Positions 11,401 through 18,208 of a stretch of 28,490 nucleotides of DNA are shown in pieces. The notes below the pieces were generated by a model, which was not told the DNA's origin, did not search any database, and worked only from the letters and a program-made list of their open reading frames with translations. The translations under genes and the position numbers were made by a program. Source of the DNA: a virus (taxonomy: Duplodnaviria; Caudoviricetes); the IMG/VR virus record IMGVR_UViG_3300021365_000075, positions 1 through 28,490 of that record; one strand, given 5' to 3'. How positions within the stretch are numbered: position 1 is the stretch's first letter; the number at the start of each line of letters is the position of its first letter.

Positions 11401-11864
11401 ACTCTTTCAGTAGGTGCTTCGTTACCTTCTTCTAACCACTGTGTTAAATTTAAATTTGATTTTTTATATCTTATGTTATTAATACGAGTTAAAATATCAT
11501 CATCATCAAATTTTTTTTTATATGAAGGTTTTTGCTGTCTTCTCATTTCTTTTAGTTTTTCAAGTATTTCTTGATTAGAAAGATTAGGATTATTATTTAC
11601 CAAATCTTTGATACTAATATTATCAAGTGGTATATTTTTAAGATTTACTTTTTCTTTAATGATATAATCAGGTCTCATTTCACTTGTTAATTCAAAACAA
11701 TATTCATCGGCCCATGATTTTATAAAAGAGATGTTTTTATGTTGAAGATTTAGAATACTCTTAGATAAAGAAGATAACTCTTCTTCGTAATTTTTTGATT
11801 CTAAAACCGTTTTTAAAAAATCGTTCCTGTGTCTCAAGTAAATGCTAATATCATCTTCTTGCAC
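5457..11864 (-). CDS. Giant 2135-aa putative head-associated protein with a C-terminal degenerate ATP-dependent DNA ligase-like (nucleotidyltransferase) domain
   Basis: Uninterrupted ORF. Near the C-terminus the ligase motifs appear in order: EWVVSIQEDGKR (I), YVIDAVM (III), IFINDVM (IIIa), RILLRD (IV), Y-x-x-G...KWIMM (V). I cannot recognise the remainder. Confidence 0.75.
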   Translation of the reverse strand: MQEDDISIYLRHRNDFLKTVLESKNYEEELSSLSKSILNLQHKNISFIKSWADEYCFELTSEMRPDYIIKEKVNLKNIPLDNISIKDLVNNNPNLSNQEILEKLKEMRRQQKPSYKKKFDDDDILTRINNIRYKKSNLNLTQWLEEGNEAPTERVLAEKEREQYFGRDRGNVKGRQSAADETNFSNQNEYLPNESRSLFESASLWPTTKSGASHLFDNNHPMMEQNAINGLPRHLDTSIRYVLSGEANKVRKAKLEHFEHHKKNNHPTVSGLIKPTGIGTLIKDINTENNDGQIEEKSKEKYHPFIGESNQIGEMAGSDLHAKSLQKFKLDNADMQFNGKDYDNLFEGTKKINEMNNDEIFNLHLMDWAEKSRSKDYIKNDKTYRQHLASQGLNENQINQRAENEIRSMTAATGDWPDDVKEQTSLVQKRLDELHGDNHYHGVGFLTHALGIEFLSPQDRTKVLNHLMEHGSDNADNQTIQLSDGKLNMSYLKTQMLSRVLPLLTHSQRAPNFSGPNLDASFENEALSNVSDKDTANINYLLDSLSFSHSDSRHPNYEEYDKGKMSDYLMDKLGHDICQEDAENALTGDYNLSLSDLLNYHNINEYNKNGKITKFITQDSFNRKNKNGINANGENWQQASLRQKRNAVENGAIKWPSLASKGIDFGNLNKKQIKEILDWAGHYRKLDKTPAELTTSEKGGKASPLWSAFTDWANAIKAPHKNLNDNAHAEEVKERAVNKWKWDDLVKFVGYNQSVDDNGNTIFTDRKKHDLLSLRKEPYFTKKEMQAVKEHYDHSRGLSKQAKNIRNTLKPFKIGTNGIKRKNLPKSEDGFMEYGADKGFLVNEKDNTKLEGLGRMFHDVYNRRGGHGISDTHLLSMLHDHHAHEIKKDNQGNVISSKSIFGEKKLQSLDAINQLGRNREFTNALSPLIPNDKIMGLINFLLPSNLPAGVKRQSLVKDIMSPYGTSSVRTQKDKDGNVTFSPGLTDKNIEDHISVRHPDVVNEGRLKEKFSDVDNGDAYYTNVYGKNPSVLHNPYVTSNQTGSTISDGKINNLTKTKHFLAMSHAMSHQSQGTVTDKRQSKDIGDFWGYDFGTHPDGKPNMFLKSKDVLSPENIQNLKINSDIDDSLLRELFALSTKVGKKEFANRMHDFTQSAIGNQEKQQGTIDDISAFLEKLKVEKLDLETRRDSKGLGYKVTDATTNVSNVDYYKPLNVVEKNRLKELDGEINHVQNQINQIEDKHYSDSFRAEQTRFNHEEEGRTRDEHAKLDFAKEHLLPKVLEKFPDAFNAEVVGAHQVKINMAQLLHDAEVGLLTVPHEVHNLKSYGSKIGESTSQTIQQLSKTGEGHHGDIQKIMSQHGVGLNDFGEDEHGNSNLTAQNLVEKLGLELNPKNLMYAQELIKSHISKNNKVMTLGQLLAKHPNLSKIPKLDENGKQMMDENGKQIYEDVWSNTNNSKERQELLANHYRKASQAVPPTTYQIHQRDEFGNLVTDENGEKIYVDKLRELSRGKLATGGSFDLHPNPKKLRNEHYKTHPIYNQIRKLHRKMDISPKSAQFGTLKDDYGLVYEKNGEIGSGMDVGKKQHKDNLHNMLDSVIVYDGDYDEKLANPTDEKTITRPSFTQGEVEIHPHHEQKGRTVSTVYSGGGIVGKVSKIKDAQANFAFEFSKEGNMEIGDYATRRAFAPPPATVYPYVLGEEQHQFNTNVVLGDQTSSQVHENPYTTSETDDPMYSDATLMAKAQLPVEMPLIEPLHKIFKVSDIEQLRGFTGEWVVSIQEDGKRLKVKRAGNRITLSDENAQRVDSYSEIDKYFRKITNKNYVIDAVMNSEGIFINDVMHYDGTDVTDLDTRDRMKLLRGQFESHNFINVLGPSTLKITDEEGLENAVQDLLSDNKDKRILLRDAKSTYMKGEEKHPKWIMMTKSYDDYHIPFGMEIENNHFILHFTDDIVKYEILDDGVLIDVLNPKSTLGSLYEDDYPITLAKSLESYWQPAFQQMWKAEKKKRPISQVNMDMPSKPNDEKVEVESAGIIDADDESRIMKPKREQMLKTLELIARALDVLEKGHSNMAGRGLGIDVGAQIESPRGPTRLTSEQSMPDWDMKERPTEDMEKPEKYPGRDKKMKISEENDKEIEEDLDTY

Positions 11865-11876
11865 AAAACCATCTCC

Positions 11877-12014
11877 TTAACCCCATTGTTTATTGTCGGG
11901 GCATGTGTAAAAAGGCATATCTTCATGTTTTTGACAACCAATAGTAACATTCCCACCACAAGTTTCGCAATTATGAATAGGGATTGCTTTATTCATAATT
12001 TTAACTTTAGTCAT
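11877..12014 (-). CDS. 45-aa Cys4 zinc-finger microprotein
   Basis: Not in the ORF track. MTKVKIMNKAIPIHNCETCGGNVTIGCQKHEDMPFYTCPDNKQWG, with a GGAGTGA SD, fills the gap between its neighbours. Confidence 0.7.
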   Translation of the reverse strand: MTKVKIMNKAIPIHNCETCGGNVTIGCQKHEDMPFYTCPDNKQWG

Positions 12015-12019
12015 GTAAT

Positions 12020-12460
12020 TCACTCCAAATCAGAGCCAGTAGGAGATTTTCCACCCATATCATCTAATTTGATGTTCAAGTCATGAGGATTAAGTTTTTT
12101 ATTCAAAGTTTCAAGGTTAGGTGTTTCGTTTATTGTACCTGAATTTTTTACAACTTCAGAATCTAAAAGAGCATTGTTTGTTCCATAGAATGCATTTCTT
12201 GCAGATTCACCGGAAACTATGTGAAATTCTTGACCCATAGGTTGAGTAGAATGAGATGTTTCTAAATGAACAACGCCTTTTTTCATATCACCGTATTTTT
12301 TTACTCCACAACCAGTTTTTTGTAAACAATGTGCTTTCATCATTCCACATGTAGGGCATTTTTCCGCTTTTTCTAAAACATCTAATCTTTCAACCAAAAG
12401 TTCCGCTTTAGTCATCATGTCTTTTACTTCTTTTGCTACTGGTTCATATCGAGGTTTCAT
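12020..12460 (-). CDS. Hypothetical head-module protein with a small Cys cluster
   Basis: 146 aa. CPTCG-x5-C-x4-C follows LDVLEK-A. TAATG translational coupling. Confidence 0.7.
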   Translation of the reverse strand: MKPRYEPVAKEVKDMMTKAELLVERLDVLEKAEKCPTCGMMKAHCLQKTGCGVKKYGDMKKGVVHLETSHSTQPMGQEFHIVSGESARNAFYGTNNALLDSEVVKNSGTINETPNLETLNKKLNPHDLNIKLDDMGGKSPTGSDLE

Positions 12461-12780
12461 TAATACAACTCCTTTACTTCTCTATGTTGTTCTGCCATTT
12501 CATGTATATCATTCCATGTCATGTCATGAATTTCTTCATTTGAGTATTTATCAGGGTTAGCAGATTCAGGAATATCGGATTTAGTAAAAGTGTCTGACCT
12601 AAAAGCGTCAGTTTCAACATCTTCAGAAAAAGGTGTACGTACTGGTACGAAACCTGCTCTTTTCAATATCGCTTGTGGAGAATTAATCATTTTTCTCAAA
12701 GTGATAATTTCGTTATCCATTGACTCCATTTTTGTAATGAGAGTATTCATCAATTTTTCAGTAACATCTTCACTTGTCAT
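12460..12780 (-). CDS. Mini-scaffold-like protein
   Basis: 106 aa, GGTGA SD. Both termini resemble those of the scaffold region of 4052..4864. Confidence 0.6.
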   Translation of the reverse strand: MTSEDVTEKLMNTLITKMESMDNEIITLRKMINSPQAILKRAGFVPVRTPFSEDVETDAFRSDTFTKSDIPESANPDKYSNEEIHDMTWNDIHEMAEQHREVKELY

Positions 12781-12792
12781 TTAATCACCTAT

Positions 12793-13158
12793 CTATACTC
12801 GGCGACCAAATGTTCCTGTGACTTTTCTTATAGCACCGTGTGTACGAGCAGGTGGCATGAATCCTTTCAAAACATCACTACGTTGTGAAGCATCGAATTT
12901 ACTACCTGTTTCATTAAATTTAGCAAGTGGAACACCACCAGCAAATTGGGATACTCCACTTAAGTCAGTTAAATTTTCACTTTTTCTAACTATATCTGTT
13001 AAATCATTATCTAAAAAGTTTGCAAATTTGATAATTTCTGATAAATGTGCTCTTGCTTGAACCTCATCCCCATCTTCTACTGCACTGGAAAATGCTTGCT
13101 GATGCACTCCCATTTTTCTAACCATTGAATCCATTTTTTGTAAGTCCACTTGTCTCAC
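12793..13158 (-). CDS. Hypothetical head-module protein
   Basis: 121 aa, helical N-terminal half, contains LQK-M and VRK-S sites. The start codon is uncertain. Confidence 0.65.
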   Translation of the reverse strand: MRQVDLQKMDSMVRKMGVHQQAFSSAVEDGDEVQARAHLSEIIKFANFLDNDLTDIVRKSENLTDLSGVSQFAGGVPLAKFNETGSKFDASQRSDVLKGFMPPARTHGAIRKVTGTFGRRV

Positions 13159-13191
13159 CTATGCACGTCGAGTGTATACCTGTTATTTTAA

Positions 13192-14901
13192 CTAAGCACC
13201 TTTGATTCGCCTAGAATCCTGTAAACCCTTCTGATTCTTCTCAGCAAGAGTAGGTTGTGGGCCTCTTTGTTGTACACTAGATATGGGAGAACCGATGCCA
13301 CCACTAGTTCTTGCTTGAGGTCTTGCTGGACCACTTGGAGTTCTCAATCCAACACCTTCACCTCCGGGTTGTGATGGAGGGACTATCATACCACCCATTC
13401 CTGCTCCCGGTGGAGGTGGCATACCGCCCGGTGGAGGTGGCATACCGCCCGGTGGAGGCGGCATTGCGGGATTACCCGGTTGTGGTGGTGGTATTTTTTT
13501 GTAAGTAAATCTAATATCTCTATCACCGTCTTCCATCATTTCAGGTTGATAACCTAATTGAATCATTCTTTGAGCAAGATTAACTTCCATTTCATCTCTT
13601 CTGAGTCTAGTAATTTCATCTTCTTCTTCATTTGGATATAATGTTAATTTCCAATCTTTAACATCCATTTGTTGCAACATTCTAGGAAATAATACATCCG
13701 TGTATACTTTTTGACCAAATTCAACTGCTCGATTAGTTACAAGTATTTGCATACCTTCATTATTCAGACCACCGCTTTTACCATTATCTATCATAAAAAT
13801 ACTACTTACACCGAAAAATGCAGCAATACGATTTCGTATTTCATCTCTCACTCCGATATACTGCATTTCTTCAAGTGTGTCCATAAATTTCACCCATTGT
13901 ACACCACCTCTACCAGTTTGACTTTCAATACCAACTTTAGGTATGTAATGTGGGTCTCTTTCCATTTTCTCATCGACTGTTTTCCAGAAAGATTTCATAG
14001 ATTCAAGATTATCAGTAGTTACAGAAATTATACCTTTTGGACTTCTTCTCTTTTGATATGCTGTATACATATAATTATCCATTGCCGTAAGAGTCATTGC
14101 TTGTCTCCATAACGTATTAACTGGACTACGACCATACAATTTACTTGGATTATATTTACTAATATGAATAACTTCTCCCTCTAAATAATATTGGGTTTTT
14201 CCACTTCCAGCCATATTAACATAATGAGCATCTTGTTTAGGATTACCACATACAGTACAAGGTGAGTCTTCACCCGGATATGATATTTGGTCTCTATGTA
14301 ACGGACATACTTTGTATCTTCCACCACGGACACCTCTCTTATCTGCAACAATTCTCATGAATATCGGGTCGCCCCTCATAATTTCTTTAACTCTATAAAA
14401 ACCTATTTCAGATGTTTCAGGGTCAACATAGTATTCTTTTATGAGTATTAAGAAAGCATCATCAACGATATTTAAATCTCGTTCAATTTCATGCAAGATT
14501 TGCACAAAAGATTGTTCCATACTGTTTGTTTGTTTTAACAACCATTTAGGATAAATCGCTTCATCAGGATTTGGTGGTAAAACTTGCCCGCCACAAGATT
14601 TGCATTGTTCGACTTCTTGTTTATATTCTTCATCGCATTGTGAACATTTAAATTGAAATTTTTTTTCCCAATAATATCCTCTTCTGAAAATTTCTTGACC
14701 TAATTTACTTATGACTGTACGAAGGATTAAGTTTTCGTGAGAAACCGCAAAAAGTGCAGGTATTGTGATACCTTGTGCTAAAACAGGTTCTTGAATACCT
14801 GTAGTATACAACGGCATTTGAGGTTGAGGTGTTGTTCTCCTACGGAATGGACTTCTAATATTTTCTAAAAATCTACCAAGTCTTCCTTGTTCTTCAGCCA
14901 T
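13192..14901 (-). CDS. Portal protein
   Basis: Start moved to MAEEQ (TAATG coupling, GGAGG SD). Portal hallmarks: DLNIVDDAFLIL, EVIHIS...LYGRSPV, PKGIISV, RNRIAAFFGVS. Downstream of the terminase. Confidence 0.9.
   Translation of the reverse strand: MAEEQGRLGRFLENIRSPFRRRTTPQPQMPLYTTGIQEPVLAQGITIPALFAVSHENLILRTVISKLGQEIFRRGYYWEKKFQFKCSQCDEEYKQEVEQCKSCGGQVLPPNPDEAIYPKWLLKQTNSMEQSFVQILHEIERDLNIVDDAFLILIKEYYVDPETSEIGFYRVKEIMRGDPIFMRIVADKRGVRGGRYKVCPLHRDQISYPGEDSPCTVCGNPKQDAHYVNMAGSGKTQYYLEGEVIHISKYNPSKLYGRSPVNTLWRQAMTLTAMDNYMYTAYQKRRSPKGIISVTTDNLESMKSFWKTVDEKMERDPHYIPKVGIESQTGRGGVQWVKFMDTLEEMQYIGVRDEIRNRIAAFFGVSSIFMIDNGKSGGLNNEGMQILVTNRAVEFGQKVYTDVLFPRMLQQMDVKDWKLTLYPNEEEDEITRLRRDEMEVNLAQRMIQLGYQPEMMEDGDRDIRFTYKKIPPPQPGNPAMPPPPGGMPPPPGGMPPPPGAGMGGMIVPPSQPGGEGVGLRTPSGPARPQARTSGGIGSPISSVQQRGPQPTLAEKNQKGLQDSRRIKGA
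13406..13464. repeat. 21-bp tandem repeat encoding GGMPPPP in the portal C-terminal tail
   Basis: CCCGGTGGAGGTGGCATACCG twice, plus a partial third copy. Confidence 0.85.
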
Positions 14902-16058
14902 TACAATCCCTCCTTCCACTTGGCGATATCATCAGAAGCGACACCCCATTCTGTTAAAAGACCACTTGCCTTAGTTGTATCATCACTCCAATTGCTATAT
15001 TTAACTAATTTTTGCAATTCATCTTTTCTAACATTGTCGGTTTCATCTATGAATGCAAGTACCGCTTTGGCTTGTAAATCTTTCATTTGAAGATGTGGTA
15101 AGATGTGAGTTAATAATTTACGAATATCCGCTTTTGAATAAAATTGTAAACGATGTTGACTTCTTTGACTATCTTTGTAAATTTTTTGGTCTAGTTGTAA
15201 TACACCACAACCTAGTGTTTTTTGTAATTGTTCACAATGAATTTTACCTCTTACACCTGTAGCAACAAACCCTGCTCTTGGTTCTCCCCTTTTAGTTATA
15301 GAAATATAACCATCAGCATCAAGAAAACCAGCAGCATAGGCATAAGGGTCTTTTAGTATCAGACCTGATTTATCCATTTTGACAAATGTACCTCTTGTAG
15401 CACCACCTATGATATCTAATTCTTCACCGTAAACACTAATTAATTTTGATAGTTTCATAGGTGTCATACTTTTATGTAACACTTTATTATCAGACAAATT
15501 TTCAAAAAGACCTCTTCCAGACATTGGGCCTCTTTGTGTAAGTAATTCTGAACTCTTAACTAAAGCATCAGTTTCTTTTTCTGTTAATTTATCAATTTGG
15601 TGAAGAGTTGTCTTCCATAATTTTTTAGCATCTTTCCTAACATTCATTGCTTGCACCCAAGCCATTTCTTCTTCTTTACCCCAAACATCTGCGTGTTCAT
15701 CTAATTTAGAAAGTAAAACATCTGCTTCTTGCCATTGATTGCAAGCACGAACTAAACTTGCTTTTCTCATTTCACCAAATTTTCTAAGTGATTTTAAATC
15801 TCTATCACTCAAACCGAAATTTTGTATAATACCCGTATAATCATTACACCAAGATACAGATTTTAATGTACTTTTAACTTCTAATGATTTTAAAGTGATA
15901 ACGTCTTCTATCATACCGTCTATTTCACTTTTAGAATCTTTATTATATCTTCTTGCTTTTCTTAATTTATCAACAAATTCAGATGCTGTACACCCTAAAT
16001 TAGTTTCAAACCAACCTTCGCCATTATCTGCAAACAATTGCACTTTAGCACCATCCAC
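14901..16058 (-). CDS. Protein with a C-terminal single-motif LAGLIDADG endonuclease domain and a long helical N-terminal region
   Basis: YAAGFLDADGYISI motif, then LQKTLGCG and LLTHILPHLQMK-x-x-QA, typical of LAGLIDADG domains. The start is uncertain. Confidence 0.8.
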   Translation of the reverse strand: MDGAKVQLFADNGEGWFETNLGCTASEFVDKLRKARRYNKDSKSEIDGMIEDVITLKSLEVKSTLKSVSWCNDYTGIIQNFGLSDRDLKSLRKFGEMRKASLVRACNQWQEADVLLSKLDEHADVWGKEEEMAWVQAMNVRKDAKKLWKTTLHQIDKLTEKETDALVKSSELLTQRGPMSGRGLFENLSDNKVLHKSMTPMKLSKLISVYGEELDIIGGATRGTFVKMDKSGLILKDPYAYAAGFLDADGYISITKRGEPRAGFVATGVRGKIHCEQLQKTLGCGVLQLDQKIYKDSQRSQHRLQFYSKADIRKLLTHILPHLQMKDLQAKAVLAFIDETDNVRKDELQKLVKYSNWSDDTTKASGLLTEWGVASDDIAKWKEGL

Positions 16059-16094
16059 TTCTATTCATATTTTCTTCTTCTATTTTCGTTTCAT

Positions 16095-17588
16095 TCACGG
16101 TATCACCCAATCGTTTTTCTTACCGCCACCGTCAAACCAAGAGTCAAACGCTGGCATTACATCATCAAGTAGCATAACACTACCCTTAAATTCTTTTGTA
16201 GCCCAATTAGCCAAAGCAAGGCTCATTGCTAAGTCATCGTGTGTGCCAACACTTTCTAACTTACCATTTTTTTGCATACCAAAACGATTTAATTCTTGCT
16301 CTACTTTATGAGTATAGACTCTACTTCTTTCATCACCGTATGGTAATTTAATATGGCCTTGTTCAAAAGCAAGAAGAAGACTCATGAATAAAGATTCTTT
16401 TCTTGTTCTTGTAGTCATAAAAACTCGAATAGGCATATCTGCTGCCATTTCTCTCATTTCGGCTTCAAGCATTCTTTGGAAGTTGTTACCTTCAAGTTCA
16501 ATCAAATCAGGACTAAAACGACTATTTAACATAACCATCATTCTTTTTTGAGCCATTGTACTCATACCTCTTTCATGCACAACATGAATAATTTCTTTGA
16601 AAGGCTCTCCCGGCTTTTGCCTCAATACTGTCATTGCTGTAAAGTCGGCATTCTTGTCAGAAGATATAGCAGGGTCATGACCTATGAAGTGTTGACCAAA
16701 GACACCATCGGCTTCCCCTTCTTCATTGTAATTAGTTTCAGCCCTATCTAACAAAACTAAATTAGTATCTCTACATTGTTCTAATAATGGACCGGGGAAC
16801 ATACTTGCCACATCATGAATCGGTTCACATAGATACTCACGAGAAAATTGTATAGCGGGCATAGATAATCTCCTTTGGTCTAACATTTCTAAATTCCACC
16901 TTTCGGGCCAAAGAGCAATACCTTCTGCATTAATTGCAGGGTATGTTTCTACTCTAAATGTCTCTTTTTGTTCCAATTCAGCATATAAGTCATTGTAACT
17001 AAAAGGTGTTCCAACCATCATAAGTTTACTACTATGGTGAAGAACAGGTAAGAGAACACCATAAAACCAATCTGCGGTTCTTTGAAGTTCAGTTCCACTA
17101 GTACCCCAAAGAATATCATCACATACAACAACATCAGGGTGGAAACCACGAGTAGCCCCACCAACCGATTTTGCCATCAAACGACTACCATTTGTAAACT
17201 CGAAGTAAGATTTAGCCCACGGTTGTTTTCCGGCTGGTTTTAAATGATGTAATGCTGGTGTATTGTCAATCAAATTTCTCATAAATCTCATGTGTTCAAG
17301 TGTCTGTTCAAGAGAATGGGAGAATATCATGATGTGTGTTTTTTTGTTGAATGCTGCTAACCATAATGCATAAGACATGAAAAAAACAGATTTACCGTGG
17401 TCACGTGATGCTTTAACACAATAATAAGAATGTTCAGTTAAACCTTCTTCCCATGATTTATGGTGATGATTGTAAAGAAAATTTAAACATTCTGTAAAAA
17501 AATAATGAAATGACTTCTTAGCCATTTTTCTATCCATTTCAACAATGAATGATTTCATGTCTTCATTATCTTCAATCATATCAATCAC
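16095..17588 (-). CDS. terL: Terminase large subunit
   Basis: Walker A ASRDHGKS, Walker B VVVCDD, coupling motif VGTP, and RNase H-like nuclease motifs IGHDPA, ELEGN and HDDLAMS. Confidence 0.93.
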   Translation of the reverse strand: MIDMIEDNEDMKSFIVEMDRKMAKKSFHYFFTECLNFLYNHHHKSWEEGLTEHSYYCVKASRDHGKSVFFMSYALWLAAFNKKTHIMIFSHSLEQTLEHMRFMRNLIDNTPALHHLKPAGKQPWAKSYFEFTNGSRLMAKSVGGATRGFHPDVVVCDDILWGTSGTELQRTADWFYGVLLPVLHHSSKLMMVGTPFSYNDLYAELEQKETFRVETYPAINAEGIALWPERWNLEMLDQRRLSMPAIQFSREYLCEPIHDVASMFPGPLLEQCRDTNLVLLDRAETNYNEEGEADGVFGQHFIGHDPAISSDKNADFTAMTVLRQKPGEPFKEIIHVVHERGMSTMAQKRMMVMLNSRFSPDLIELEGNNFQRMLEAEMREMAADMPIRVFMTTRTRKESLFMSLLLAFEQGHIKLPYGDERSRVYTHKVEQELNRFGMQKNGKLESVGTHDDLAMSLALANWATKEFKGSVMLLDDVMPAFDSWFDGGGKKNDWVIP

Positions 17589-18208
17589 TGTGGGCCTATA
17601 AGTGCTTTCCTTCGTTCCATTTCTTCCGTGTCAATACTATCAAGAATTTTTTGGGGATTGTCCTCAACCCCGACTACAGTAGAACCCGCTTTTTGGTTCG
17701 TATTTACGTTGTTTTGTGCTTGTATATTTGCGTTGTTTTGTGCTTGTAAATCTGGAGCAGAAGGAATGTGACTAGTAATCGGTTTGTCTCGACCCATTAA
17801 TTTATTATCAAAGGTAGGTTCAGGTTCAGGTTCAGGTTCAGGTTCTTTCCCTCTACCGAGTATTGCTCTTTCCGCCCCGGCTGTAGTTCCATATGTTGTG
17901 TAAGCATCTTGGGCTAAATTACCAGCAGCAGATACTGCATCTTCATCACTACCTGAAAATCTACTTAATGCAGATATACCTGATAAACCAGCAAGTGCTC
18001 CCCTTAAAGCAGCACCACCATATCTTTGTACTGCATTATACCTATTTTTATCACTAAGGTCAGGTCTTTTAGGGTCTACATTGAGAAATGCACCTTGACC
18101 GCCACCGGACAAACCCACTGTATTACCTTGACCTCTATTTTCTGGATTAATAAATGCATCCGGCGGGGGTGTCTCATTTTGTTTTCTAACTAACACTTTA
18201 TCACTCAT
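17585..18208 (-). CDS. Hypothetical Gly/Ala-rich protein with an EP-repeat linker
   Basis: 207 aa, GGTGA SD, (EP)5 tract, AQNN repeats. Confidence 0.7.
   Translation of the reverse strand: MSDKVLVRKQNETPPPDAFINPENRGQGNTVGLSGGGQGAFLNVDPKRPDLSDKNRYNAVQRYGGAALRGALAGLSGISALSRFSGSDEDAVSAAGNLAQDAYTTYGTTAGAERAILGRGKEPEPEPEPEPTFDNKLMGRDKPITSHIPSAPDLQAQNNANIQAQNNVNTNQKAGSTVVGVEDNPQKILDSIDTEEMERRKALIGPQ

Noticed and set aside
5457-11864. Functional DNA ligase or tape-measure protein call for the giant ORF
   Set aside because: The catalytic Lys of motif I is missing. Its composition and position in the head module do not fit an Ala/Gly-rich tape measure.
14901-16058. Intein or group I intron interrupting terminase or portal
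   Set aside because: terL and portal each appear complete. There are no intein C/S...HN termini and no non-coding flanks for an intron.
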